DNA of 63,993 nucleotides, filler included, from Gonapodya sp. JEL0774 (lineage: Eukaryota), in the NCBI GenBank assembly GCA_027604505.1. It is 3 parts of 3 records of this genome, joined end to end, with 100 filler letters (N's around TTAATTAATTAA, not from the genome) between each part and the next. Parts side by side here need not be neighbours in the genome. Positions count along the whole stretch, not along the records: positions 24,812 to 49,249 come from JADIIX010000229.1; positions 49,350 to 63,993 come from JADIIX010000309.1; 1 more part is not named here. The stretch is one strand, 5' to 3'. The notes beneath the pieces are model-generated. The model was given only the letters and a program-made list of their open reading frames with translations. It searched no databases and had not been told where the DNA came from. Shown here one piece after another: positions 38,512 through 51,308 of the stretch. Both the position numbers and the translations under genes were made by a program. How positions within the stretch are numbered: position 1 is the stretch's first letter; each line of letters opens with the position of its first letter.

Positions 38512-40357
38512 ATGACCTCCTACCTCACAAAACACCGCCCAGGACGCACGATATTCGCCAATCCAGGACCTACGAATGTGCGATTTGGCGGACCTCGGTT
38601 GCTGTTTTGAAACCACGTCTTCTCATTGCTCGTGTTTCTTTCTCCCCCGCCGCCCTCCACAAACGATCCGGCTCAACTCCCTTGTTCCGCGATCGTGATT
38701 GCTCACATGTCATCGTACGACGACGACATTGTAGATTCCAGAGTCGGTCCTCCATGCCAGCGCGGTTCCGTCTCTCGAGTGAGCAGAGGAACCAAAATCG
38801 AAATCGGAGCGCATGCTCGCACCACCGTAGTCTCATCCCACGCTCTCTCTTTTCCTCACAACTCCCCTCTTGCGTTTATTACCCTGGTTCTCTTCTGGCC
38901 TTCCCCCCATGCCTTCTCGATATCCCGTTGTCTCAAGCTTCATGGATGAAGACTTCACCAACAACGTCTACCTCCCCTCAGTCGAGTACCTCAAAAAGAT
39001 CCTCAAGACTGAAACCGCCCAGATTTTCCTCTCCGCGTCGTCGGGAAATGGATCGTGGGAGTCGGTTCTGGTCAACCTCTTGTCTGCCGGTGACAAGATC
39101 CTCATCATCGAGGGGGGTTTCTTCTCGGATTTGTGGGGCTTTATGGCGGTATGTGGTCTTTCTCTGTTTCTTGCATGAGCAAACTCGAGCTTTCGATGCC
39201 CATCCTCACTACTCGTCCACCCAACCCGCCCCTTCTTCCCCCAGCGCAACCTCAGCCTCGAAACCCAAGTCCTCCCCACCCCCGTTCGCACTGGCCTGGA
39301 CCTCGACTCCCTCCGCACCACCCTCCTCGCCGACCCGGAGCACACCATCAAGGCCATCTGCGTGGTCCACAATGAGACGTCGACGGGCGTGACCCTCCCC
39401 CTTGGCGAGATCCGCCAGGTCATTGACGAGACGGCCCACCCGGCACTGTATCTGGTCGACACTATCAGCAGTCTGGCCAGCATTGATTTCCGTATGGACG
39501 AGTGGAAGATCGATGGTGTGGTGTGCGGGGGGCAAAAGGGACTCATGCTGCCCACGGGGCTTGCCATCTCCGCAGTATCGCCTAAAGGGTGGGCAGCATC
39601 GGCGACTTCCAACCTCCCCAAACACTACTTCAACTGGCGGTTCCAGATCCAACGCCTGCCGCACAAATCGTTCGCCGGGACCATACCCACACACATGATC
39701 TTCGCGCTCCGCGAGTCACTCCGAATCATCGAGGCTGAGGGTGGCGTAGACGCGGTCGTTGCAAGGCACAAGAGGCTCGCGGAGGGGGTCAGGCGGTGTG
39801 TCGCGTATTGGGGCAACGGAGGCACATCCACTCAGTTGGAGGGCGCGCCAGAGTTTTTCTGTCAGGACCCCACGCGGTACTCGGATTCCATCACAGCGGT
39901 GGTGATTCCTGGAGAGGGGAAACCAACCGAGGTGAAGAAGGCATGTTTGGAGCTTGGAGTGAGCTTGGGTGGTGCGATCGGGAAGTGGACGCAGGGCAAG
40001 GTGATCAGGATTGGTCACTTGGGTAAGTGTCTGATGATGAATCTCTGTCTGTTCTGCTTTTGTGTCGTTGTGGTTTTGCTACTTTTTTGTTCAGAGGGGG
40101 GTGAGAACTCTACTTCGAACCGTCTTACCATAACACACGTCCTCCCCTACCCTTAAGGCGACAACAACGAATCTTCCATCCTCGCCATCCTCGCCACCGT
40201 TGAAACCGCCCTCAACATCACCGGAGTACCTCACCACGCCGGCGGTGTGACACAGGCCGTAAAGTATTTCGCGGAGGCGAAAAAGACGGCCAAGAAGGCG
40301 GCCGAGGCGGCGGAATCCGCGGAGCCGGCGCAAGTGAAGACGAACGGACACGCGTGA
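38512..40357 (+). CDS. Class V PLP aminotransferase (serine/alanine-glyoxylate aminotransferase-like), copy 1
   Basis: PGRTIFANPGPTN, VVHNETSTGV, VDTISSLASIDFRMDEW, GGQKGLMLPTG (PLP lysine), IRIGHLG. Ends TNGHA*. Confidence 0.92.
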
Positions 40358-41227
40358 AAACAACTCGCGTGTGAGGGTGGTTCTGTTGTATGTATGGACT
40401 ATATAAATGCGGTTCTTTTGATGGATTCTTCCCAGATCTATCAACAACCCAGACAAATGTATCAACCCAGATAAATTTCATGCGCCGTCAGTAGAATCAG
40501 AAATACCATTTGATCTAGTCTACCTCTGCTTTGGGCGTACTCCGGGAGAATCCCAGTAGTATAAGTATCTTCACCATTATAAGTAATTACTCATCTCTAT
40601 TCACTACCAATACATGAAGCAGCAAAATACAGCAAGCCGAGGGTGTGACGCCTGATCGGCCAGCAAAAGAAACGGAGGCAGAGCAAGCGATGCCTGCGAT
40701 TACACACAGGCACGGCCCCAAATTTGGTGGAAAAACCATGCAAGCACTTGCGGCATGACCACGGTGTGAGCCTGTTGGGTCAAAGTGGTACAAATAAAAC
40801 AAAACAAACTTCACAATCACGGAGACGGACTATTTCGAGTCCTGATTCGGTGCGTTAACAATTCCTACTGTGTATGCGTACCAACACCATGTGCCAGGGT
40901 TTGAGCTTGAGATTTCACTTCCGGGCAGGAAACAGGAGAGGGCGCACAGGTGACCAGCCTCATTGCCTCACAAACATGTATTAATGAAAACACATGGTAC
41001 GGATATTGCCAACATATGGGTGCCATTTCGGGCTGTGAACAGACTGTGTGCCATCATAGTTCGCGGGCAAATGGCTTCCTCTTACGCGCTCTCTCGGCGA
41101 GAGATTTGGAAACTTCGATCGAAATTTTGTTTCCCACAAAACGCCCTTACAGTGATCCGGGATCGATAATTGTCGCATGCTTTGATTGTCACTTTACACC
41201 AATGACGACAGTACTTCACCTCGTGAT

Positions 41228-41460
41228 ATTCTAGAGTAGGTCCCCCATACCAGCGCGGTTCCCTCCCTCCACACGGATCCAAAGTCGGACCATATCCTTA
41301 CACCATCTCATCTCATTCCCCTCTCCTCACGGCCCCCTCTAGCATTTTAATCCGTGGCGGTTGTCGGTTGTGATCTTCACACGATGGATTCTGGATATCG
41401 CTGTGCGCGAGCTCCTTGATGAAAACGTCACCAACAACGTCTACGTTCCCTCTGTCGAGT
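41228..41460 (+). pseudogene. Degenerate 5' fragment of the aminotransferase (third copy)
   Basis: AGAGTAGGTCCCCCATACCAGCGCGGTTCC matches copy 1 at ~38740. GATGAAAACGTCACCAACAACGTCTACGTTCCCTCTGTCGAG matches ~38946. Confidence 0.7.
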
Positions 41461-42054
41461 GGCCAACCTCGTAGTGACCGGAGACACGATGTCAGGGGCT
41501 CTGGGCGAAATGTTCATTCGGGTCTGCCGAAGACTGAGACATCTGCTGTTTCTTCGGAGGACACATCTTGGACGCTTTGTTGGAAAAGAAAATCAAAAAG
41601 ATGGTGGAGAATCTCAAAGAAAATGAAACAGTCTCAGGTGCAGTGCCCTGTCAGGGCGGTCTTGGGCGAACATTTGCTCGTTGCGTAAAAAGATGGTTCT
41701 CTATGAGATTCAAGCAGAAAAGGACGATCCAGATATTGGCGCCTTTTCAAAGAGCAACAGAAGTCCTAGGAATGGCGGTACTGATTTGGACCGATGTGAG
41801 AGTTGAAGAAAGGGAGCCACCAAAGATTTGAGGGAGAGAACGGGTGATAAGAAATACATTGAGAGGTATCAACGAGGCGTAGCATGCAATAATATTAATG
41901 TAAGAATATTAAGACAATTCTATTGCGAGGTCCCACTGTGGGGAATCTAGTTTCCGATATATAGATTATTGGGGGTTTCTGTGGGATATCCAACACCCGT
42001 TCCCGGATCGCTTCTCTTCCGACCCCAACCCCTTTCCTCCGCCCTGGCCCCCCG

Positions 42055-44623
42055 ATGGCGACCCGCCCTGGTCTCCACCTCCCTCGCCGCCATCTGCTCC
42101 TGGTGCTTGTGGTGTGCCTCTCCAGCGGGTTCTTTTTCGCCCGGTTTTTTGCCTACGACTCTATAGATATGAAGCGGTTTACACGGGGATCGGGATCGCG
42201 GGCGGATGAGTGGGAGAGCGCGGAGGGGATACCCGGTGAGTGTGATTGATTTCTCCGGCATGATACAGATCCGGCGAATCACCACACCAGAATGTGGACA
42301 AATGCGGGGTCCATTTACACCAAGCGGGACACTGACTTACAACTCACGCCGCCCAACCGCCCACGCATGCCATGTCATTTCTCGCAGCCGATCTCCGTGC
42401 CCTTTTCGATCTCTCGAGACCGACCGCGCATCACGGCGAGGGGGACGGTGCGGAACCGACAACCGCCACCACCGCCGGCAGGATCGCACCAGCTCGGCGG
42501 ACGACAACTCCGCGCCGCAGTACCACGGTACGGCCGGCGCGTGCTGTGAAAACGACGACTTCGTCCACGGGTGCTGGTGCGGGTGATTCGACCACCCCGA
42601 GGACGGGTTCCGTGAGCCCTGGTCCGGGGCCAGGGCCAGCCACGACCGGCCCGGTTCCAGTTGCCCCAACTCCGCCCTCGGCCTCCGCTTGGGCGTCACC
42701 TGCCCGCTCCGCCTCCACCTCCACCTCCCCATCCCCATCCCCTACCACAGACAATTTCGTCTTGGACATCACGCACGTCCCCTACGTTCACAAAACCGTC
42801 CACTTCCCCTCCCGCTCCACCGATGTCCCCACCTACGATGAAGCCCGCGCCTACTACGAACACACCCAGCACCGCCGTCCTCCGCGTCTCTTCAAACCCT
42901 TCTACGACTTCGCTGTGGCCAACAAGTGCAACGTGCTGGGTCACGCACGATTCCAGCAATACTTCAAACACCTACCAGACAACATCACCCTCGAAATGAT
43001 CGAAAAGGCCGGCAATCTCGAAAGAGTTGTGACGGTGGTGGTGGGGCCGCCTGAGGGGAAGGATGACGGGCGCGACGGGGACGACTGTTGGTGTGACGGG
43101 GAAGGGAACCCGTTGGAGCACCCTGAGTACATCGTGCAGGACTCGAAGGATATGGGGATCGAACATCCAAAGTGAGCCTTTGTCGGCACTGGGGGTGTTG
43201 AAACTCGCCTAGCGTGAGTTTCGCGTTTTGTGGGTAAAACTCGAATCGAATCCGAATTCCGTTGTGCTAGGTGGGCGAACCTGATCAAGCCCTTCGCCAA
43301 GTGGTTGCCCAAAAATTTTCGGATTCCGGTACGTTATGTCGTTGTGATGGGGAGGGTCCATTTGAAGTAAACCATCTTCTGTCGTTACACAACTCTAACC
43401 CGTGATCTCTCACTTCGTTCTCAATCCCTTCACGCCCCACATTCACCACTTCCTTACTACGGTCCTACCAAGACAAACGAACTCGACTGGCCCCGCGTGC
43501 CCCTCCCCAACGTCAGTTGCGTGTACGGCGATAAGATCCCGCCCTCTGTGCTCAACTACCGGGGCCCCGAGACACCTCAACTGCTGCCCGTCCCACCCGA
43601 TCCAGAGGGCACCCCATACAACTGGACACGGCTCAGATCGATGGATCTGAGCAATCCTTTCGACATGAGGGTGCCGCCGTCCATGACGCGGTACCACAAT
43701 TTTTACTACTGGCCCAGTGACGAGAGGTACGCGAAGGAGATCGTGCCGCTGTTCTCTCCGGGGATCATTCCGGGGTGTCATGCGGATATTCCTTTTCCGG
43801 TAAGGCGAGTTTTTGAAGCTGTGGGAGTGTCCAGCTGCTGACGCGTTCTCTTCTTTCCACACGAACCTCTGAACCCCTTCGTAAGACGTGGTACGCAGCC
43901 GACGACGCTGTCATTAAAGTTGGCCCCGACCTCACACAATTTGGTGCCGACCTACCTTGGGAGAACAAGACCCCCGTGGCGTTCTGGCGTGGGTCGTCCA
44001 CCGGCGGCGGGAGCACCGATGATCCCTCGAGCTGGCAACGCCACCATCGGCTCCGGCTGGCTAAAATCTCCCACGACTTGCACGTCAAGGAGTGCTCCGG
44101 CCCAGGTCCGCCGTGGAACAGCTCGTGTGAGCCGGTGGTAGACGCGCACCTCTACAGGTACATGTTCGCCTCGGTTGGCCTGACCAAGTACTTTGGGGAA
44201 CATCAGGAAGGTGTGTTTGTGCCGTTGTGGAAACAACTAGCGTATCGCTACTTGATCGACGTGGACGGGAACGGGTGGTCTGCGAGATTGTACAGTTACT
44301 TTAGGGAAGCACATTCGTTGATACTACGGGTGAGGGCTTTCGTGGACTTTTTGGACGTGTGGGCAGTGCCGTACGTACACTACATTCCTCTTAAAATGGA
44401 CTGGTCGGATCTCTTGGGGGCGATACAGTGGGCAGAGGAGAATCCCGAGGAGGCGAAGAAGGTGGTCGAACGTGCGATGGAACTAGGCGAGAACGGGTTG
44501 AGGTGGACGGACGCTCACTGCGAAATGTTTGCGCTCGTCGCTGAACTGGATGATAGGTTGGTTGGGAGGGGGAAACTTCCTCCTATCTCGAAACCAAACA
44601 AGACTGAAAATGCAGCAACTTAA
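42055..44623 (+). CDS. Glycosyltransferase family 90 (CAP10/Cxt1-like), type II membrane, multi-exon
   Basis: N-terminal TM segment, Ser/Thr/Pro stalk, then FWRGSSTGG, RHHRLRL, YRYLIDVDGNGWSARL and VPYVHYIPLKMDWSDL. Confidence 0.88.
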
Positions 44624-44915
44624 TGACAATGCTCTACTTCTCTACATAACTAATAAGTACCGATATACTTGTATTTGAAGCAATCATAGATTAAGTTTAT
44701 AAAATGCGGAGTTTAGAGAACGACGGGTATTCCGGATTCTCACTACGGGAACCAGTACACGACGCCCAAGAACATAGCTCATTGAAAGTAGCAAAGATAT
44801 CAAACATTGCTTGCGCTGCCCGTATTCAGGAAATTGTTCCCTGCTGTGTGGGGTAAAACCTAAGTCAGTGCGGAAGTCCGCACATCTTGTGTCTTCACCT
44901 CCCCAATTGAAACAA

Positions 44916-47295
44916 ATGAAGGTCGTTTTCAAAACGCCAGCTTCCAAACCGGCAGGGAACCTTCCACCACCGCCTGTCTCTGCTGCGTCGCCGAGTCCCC
45001 TAGTGCGTGTGGCCTCCACTGCTGGGTTCGGTGACTCAGAGCCGTCTCCTGGACCGTCCTCGCCAGCCGCAATCCCCGCATCACCAGCCACTCCACAGCA
45101 TCAATCCTCTCCATCACATGCGTCGAAATTGCCGACTCGTGAGGGTCCTCGAGACCTGTTTCCGGTTGCGATAGAGCTGGACCCAGAGGCTGCAGCACTG
45201 GATTGGGACGCAGCGAAGACGGCTCGTACGATAGCAGTTGCGACAGTACTCTCGCGGGACCTCAGAGTCTCGCATGTCACTCAGGGTGCACTTGTAATGC
45301 TCGCAGATGCGTTCGACTTTTGTAAGTCTGGATCGTTCTTTGGTTGTGGAATCTCTGCGGGCTACTTTGGAGTGGGATTGGATTCAGGAAATTGTGGACG
45401 CACTCATCATTGTTAATTGGTCTCTGCGAATGGTGTTTACTGGGCAAATGGCGGTTTGGACGTGAATATAATGGAACCCGCAGTTTCAATGAGAGCACTC
45501 CTCCTGGACAGGTGGACTTGATGACTCTACGCTTGACCCGGTTGCGAGGATGCTATAACGTGCTTTCTACTTGTGCGATGACGATCGGGCATTCACATAT
45601 ATTCTGGAATAGGATATCGCCCGTTTCACGTGTTCTCCTGTCTCCACACTAATCAACTCTTACCCAATGAAAACCACCGTCTGGTTCATAGACTTCCTAC
45701 AAATTCTCCGCGCCCTGCGCTCATACCTTGATCTCGCCGGCCGCCTGTACCCAAACCTTCTCGACGTACGAAATCTCCTCGCTGACGCAGATCTTCCCCT
45801 CCTCCAACTCCAGCGATACGCGGACTCACTCGCCCGGAAAAGTGAACAGGGGGCGCCGATTCTTCGCACTCGTCCGGGACGATGGAAGAGATCTAATGTG
45901 TCACCCGAATTCACCTTTCGAAAGCACCCACTCTTGGGTCCGGAGGACGCTGGGCCGGTCGATAAGAGACCCGCCGCGGTACCTCGGTGGATGCCCCCTT
46001 ATCCGATGCCGTACACGTACCGCTTTACTCCCGTGAGTAATGAGCTTGTTGTCGCTGTGGTGGTGGTGGCCGGGGGAAATGAGGGAACATCCACCAATTT
46101 CCGGACGCTTCCTCCGTAACTTGTGAGCTCAAAACTTCGACTCTAGGTCGTTCTCCGCCCCGCCCTTACCCCTGCCCAAGTCCGTGCTCTCTATGCCAAC
46201 CAATCCCGAAATGCCATCACCCTTCTCCTCCAACGTGCTGCTTCCAATCCCGACTTCCTCCCAGCATCTCGAGGCTTTGTAAATTACGAGCGCCAGTTTG
46301 ACGGACCAGCCGAGGGACCCAGAGTGGTCCAAGTCGTTGCGGAAGATGTGGATGTGTGGAGGAGGCGCGTGGTCGAGGCAAAGGAGATTGAGGACGAGTG
46401 GAAGGCTGAGTTGTTGAGCAAGCTGGCGGAAAGAGAAGAGGCAGAAAAGATGGAGGAGGAGGAGAAGAGACAGGCGGGTATTGGAGGTGCAGATGCTGTC
46501 GAAGCGAGAGTGGGTGGAACGATGGCAGGAGAGCGTGAGAATGTGGCCGTTGCAGAAAGTATTCAGATTGGAGGGCAAACCGGGATAGACACAAGTCGAA
46601 ATACTGTGGAACCTGGGAGAGTGCCTGAGGACTCTGGCATGGACAATGTGGGTTCGGCCACCGAAGGAATCGCCCAAGACCAAGAAGATGATATCGTGAG
46701 CGAAGCTTTAGTCGCTGAGGCTGTGCATTCCATGGAAACAACATTCCCATCGGAGCCGCGACCTGTCGTCACCGACCAAACTGCCAGCCCCGACCGGCCC
46801 CCTCCTCCACCAGATTTCGACAAGGTCATGGTCGCGAATATCGCGTCACACAATACCTGGGATTCCTCAGAGCGTCCACCGGACGAGCGAGTGGTTCATC
46901 CAGAGTATTACTACGATCCTCAGGAAGATGAAGGGGATGGTGACGAGGCCGACCTGGAAGCAGACCTCGCGATGGAACTTGATCAGGCTGCTCAGGAGGA
47001 ACTTGACAATATGGCTGCGGAGCGTGACGCATCATCCAAACCGCTGGAGTACGCGGTGGATCACGGGGTAGGCTCAGCACCTCACACCGTGACGGACTCG
47101 ACAGGGATGGGGAGTGACATTGCGACTGTTCATACTGAGGAGGACAGGCGCGGGGATATAATTGAGACATCGCAAACTGTGGGAGACTCGATCACGGCGT
47201 CCCAAGACTGGGGGGGACTCTTGAGTGGCGACAGTACTCCACAGCCGGACCTACCTCGGTCTCAAAATCGATTTGAAGATCACCGGGAGGGTTGA
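44916..47295 (+). CDS. TAF8: TFIID subunit TAF8-like with long acidic tail; 3' end uncertain (47295 or 47455)
   Basis: Histone-fold-like region (GALVMLAD...RSYLDLAGRLYPNLLDV) followed by PRWMPPYPMPYTYRFTP, which resembles TAF8_C. Confidence 0.72.
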
Positions 47296-47529
47296 TGGAG
47301 ACGTTCCCATGGGATACGAAGATGGCCCGGAGTTTAATCAATTCATGGCGTCGGCCAATGACGCCATGAATGTGATGGCGGAAAGAGGGAGTGTGGACGG
47401 GAGGAGGAAGGAAGGAGACAGGGTTCTCGCGGAGGAGCACGGTGGAGGCACATAATCATTTCTATCACTTCTCTATATAAGTTTTGATTTCTGCGAGCGA
47501 GTGCAATGTATTCTCGCATGCATGTCTAC

Positions 47530-49114
47530 CTACAGCTTGCTCCCGGTCTCGCCAGACCGTGCTTCTGCAAAGAACCGAACCGCCTTGGTGACCCCACCCG
47601 GGTAGTGAGGAACTTTGGCGATGTTCAAGGCAACTTCGATGGTGCCAAGGACACCAAGAATGGATGATTCGTTGTTGTCCCCTGTTATGTGCAGCGGATG
47701 ATGAGTTGAGACACACACACAAAGCACGGTGCACCGTTCGACCCACCCAAGTGTCCGATTCGAATAATCTTCCCCTGTGTCCACTTTCCGATTCCTCCGC
47801 CAAGACTCACGCCCAACTCTAAGCTCGTCTTCTTCACCGCCTCGGGCTTCCCGACTCCCGGAATCAGCACCGCGGTTATCGAGTCCGAATATCTCGTGGG
47901 ATCCTGGCAAAAGTTCTCTGGTGCACCTTCCAACTGCTTCCCCGCGTCCCCTTTACCCCAGTGGTCCACGCACCGCCTCACACCCTCGGCCAGCCGGTGA
48001 TGCCTGGCGGTGACGGCGTCGACCCCTCCTTCGGCTTCGATCAAGCGCAGCGACTCGCGGAGGGCGAGTATCTGCTGTGTGGGCATGGTGCCGGCGAAGG
48101 ATTTGAAAGGGACGCGGGTGATGGCGACTTTGTAGTTGAAGTAGTGCTTGGGAAGGTTGGAATGGGCGGTGGCGGCCCACGCTTTGGGAGACACGGCGGA
48201 AAAAGCCAGACCGGTTTGGAGCATGAGGCCCTGTGTCGTTATGTGATGATAATGCGAGGGTGTTGATGAGGGGGGGCTGACTCCGTGGACGTGTATGTGC
48301 CGCCACGTGCAGCAAAAAGGTACTGGAACACACCTTCTGCCCCCCTCCAACGACCCCGTCCACTTTCCACTCGTCCATCCGAAAATCTATACTTGCCAGA
48401 CTGCTGATGGTATCCACCAAGAACAATGCCGGGTGGGCCACCTCGTCGATCACCTTCCTAATCTCTGCCAGGGGCAGGGTGAGACCTGTGCTGGTCTCGT
48501 TGTGGACCACGCAGACGGCCTTGAGCCGGTGAGCCGTGTCGGCCGAAAGCACGGTGCGGAGTTCGCCCAAGTCGAGGCCGATACGGGCGTTTGTGTGGAT
48601 GTACCGGACTTGGAGGCCCAGGTTTTTCTGTGGTGGGTCGGTCATCGGGTGGCCCCACCAGTGAGCATTGAGCATGCAGGCGGGGTTTTAACACAAGTTC
48701 GCACACCGGAATGGTCGAAGGCTCACCGCCATGCCCCCCCACGCCTCGGGGAAAATCCCGCCCTCGACCATGAGTATTTCATCACCCGAGGACAACAAGT
48801 TGACGAGCACGCTTTCCCACGCGCCGTGGCCCGAGGACGCGGACAGAAAGACCTGCCCTGAGGTGGTTTTGAGCACGCGTTTCAAGGCGGCCACGGTGGG
48901 GAGGTACACGGTGTCTGCGAAGTCGTCGCTTTGGGGGCTTTATGGGACGGGCATGAGAGCAATAGGGGAATGGAGAAGACGGGGAATTTTGATGGGGGAC
49001 GGAAGAGGGGGGCATCGGAGTTCCGGATGTGATTGGATCGGGTGGCACTATTCTCCAGAATAAAACTCACTCGAGGGACGGGATCGACGCGGCCTGCAAG
49101 ACCGAGTGTGGAAT
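47530..49114 (-). CDS. Serine/alanine-glyoxylate aminotransferase-like copy 2 with PTS1; first exon not found before the contig end
   Basis: Same motifs as copy 1 (VVHNETSTG, VDTISSLASIDFRMDEW, GGQK). C-terminus ETGSKL*. Confidence 0.9.
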
Positions 49115-49249
49115 CTAGAAAGCAAAACAGCCGATTTGTGACATCAGAATGATCAAGAACTCCCCGGGGTAGGGGGACGGGGGGGGGGGGGGGGGGGGGG
49201 AGGGGAACCATGTAAACCAAACCCCCCCTTTAACCTTTACACGGGGGCA

Positions 49250-49349
49250 NNNNNNNNNNNNNNNNNNNNNNNNNNNNNNNNNNNNNNNNNNNNTTAATTA
49301 ATTAANNNNNNNNNNNNNNNNNNNNNNNNNNNNNNNNNNNNNNNNNNNN
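49250..49349. other. Artificial contig linker / gap
   Basis: N-run, TTAATTAATTAA, N-run, preceded by a poly-G stretch. Confidence 0.97.
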
Positions 49350-49399
49350 ACGTATCGTGTTGGGGATTCATGCGTTTGGAGGACGAATGTTCGCTTCAA

Positions 49400-50113
49400 A
49401 ATCTCACCAGCCAGCGCGCCTGCCAACATAGCCTCTGTCGTGGTTAGCAAAGTCGCGGGAGCCCCCGTCCGCTCCTTGCTGACGGTAATTCCAAGTTTCA
49501 CAAATTCGTACCAGTAATAATAAACTGAGGGTTACCACCGAATGAGAATGGTCGGTATGCGTGATAGCGAGGAAATCTCAAGTCATACCGCCATTGGTCA
49601 CCGCATTGCCGAACATTGCTGAATCAATACCTCTAGTGTCAATTCATATATCGATGAGCCCGCCAGGTAAACTCTTCCATAAAAAGGACCAACTAAGCGA
49701 CATGCCTGTAGAATCCCCCGAATCCCTCCTCTCTGAGAATTTCCTTCGCTGTCTGCCACTGTCCACTCAATCCTGCAGCAGCACGAGACTTGTCGACTTG
49801 GCTTCGCGTTGATACAGTGATGAGTGGGTCTTCGGATGCAAATCAGGGAATCACAAATTGTCCTCACGAACTCGCTGCCTCAAAAATGAACGGACTCACA
49901 GGTCAGAGCCATCGATACCACCCCTGCACCGGCACCTGGCATCGACAAGAGTTTCCGATTGCGGCCGGGCGGGTTCGTAGGGTCCCAGGAGTCCACAACC
50001 GTGATCGTGATCGAATAGGGTGAGACAATCACAGAATGAATACATTGTTGTTTCGCAACATCCCACATACCAGCGATGGAGTGCACAAATGTATTGTTTG
50101 ATTGATCCGCCAT
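49400..50113 (-). CDS. Mitochondrial-carrier-family protein, PMP47/SLC25A17-like (peroxisomal), 5' part only
   Basis: MADQSNNTFVHSIAG|AGAGVVSMALT...ISTRSQV...ILREEGFGGFYR...YYWYEFVK...EAMLAGALAG. Truncated at the linker. Confidence 0.75.
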
Positions 50114-50357
50114 TGTTGTTTGTGGTCGGATTCGGAAACGAGGACGATGTGATGTCGGGCAAAGAAGGTGAAGACCGCAAGGAATCATGAACACAATGCC
50201 ATCCGCAAACAAACTCTAATCGAATTCAGTGAGGTACTTTCTAAATACATTGAATGTGTGGGTATGACAAAACTACAAATAATTCTTTGGGAGCTCAAAG
50301 ACGTATCAAACTAGTAAACGCTGGTCTCCGTAGAACGTACAGCCCTGTAAACCTCCC

Positions 50358-50981
50358 TCAATTCTCGAGTTTCTCACGTTCCTGTTGTGACGGGAGATGT
50401 CAAGCAAAAGACGAAGCTTCAACCAAAAGCAACGGAGTACTGCGATAGGAAGACACACTCACCACCAACTCCATATCTATCCGCTCCTTTGCCCGATAAA
50501 TCTTACTTTGAAGGTAAAAGCTGCCCTGTCCGCCTTCCCGGGGTGGTGCGTTCACCTTGAACAGGTGCTCATATCGTTGGAGGACCGCCTCTGGTGACGG
50601 ATTCTCCTTATCCACGTTAAGAATCATCGCAGCCTCCTCGAATGTCATTCCCGTTTGTCGGGTATGTGTGGAGGTCCTAGATCCACCCGCCGCAGCTCCT
50701 CGTGCAGCGTCATTCGCCGCGGCTTTCATGATCATGAGCAAATGGTAAAACCTTTAGACAACGGAGAAGCAAGAACTCCGGATTGACATATTGTCGCTCA
50801 CAAGCTGCAACTTCTCTCCATGCCTCCACAAAAGCTTTTCCAACGATTGTAGATCCCTGAAGGATTATCTGTGTCAGTACGCGAGGAAGTGACTGTCGGG
50901 ACCAGGGAACGGGTTCAGTGATGATCGCTCAGAGAGGTCTCAAGAAGCAAGAAAGTTTTCTGCCAACTGGTGTCGCACCAT
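50358..50981 (-). CDS. PAM16: Mitochondrial import motor subunit Pam16/Tim16
   Basis: IVGKAFVEAWRE, GMTFEEAAMILNV, YEHLFKVN, GSFYLQSKIYRAKERI. Confidence 0.93.
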
Positions 50982-51308
50982 TTTCAAAGCTGATGGGTGC
51001 GAACACGTTGTGTGCTGTCTGCTGCCGAAAGAGAAGGTGCTGAATCAGCCTGTGCCAAAGGGTCTTGTGTGATACCCTACCTGGTAACTGGACACAATGC
51101 GGACACCTCCGTGTGACACAGCCGATCCCAGATACGCATTCGTTTGTGGGTTTTCTCTCTGCAGAGCGGCGAGGGTGCCGGATCGCGAGAGTAGGAGACA
51201 TACCGATCGCAGAAAACACAGCCTGACTCGCATCCCGGCATCCAGTCGCAACGTACAGCCCATCTAGAAAACTTTAACACAACACCTCAACGGTACACGA
51301 TCAGCCAC

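Noticed and set aside
49170..49249. Poly-G tract as a G-quadruplex element
   Set aside because: It lies at a contig end and is probably a low-quality sequence artefact.
47530..50113. Apparent peroxisomal cluster (SKL aminotransferase next to PMP47-like carrier)
   Set aside because: The genes are separated by the artificial linker, so adjacency is not established.
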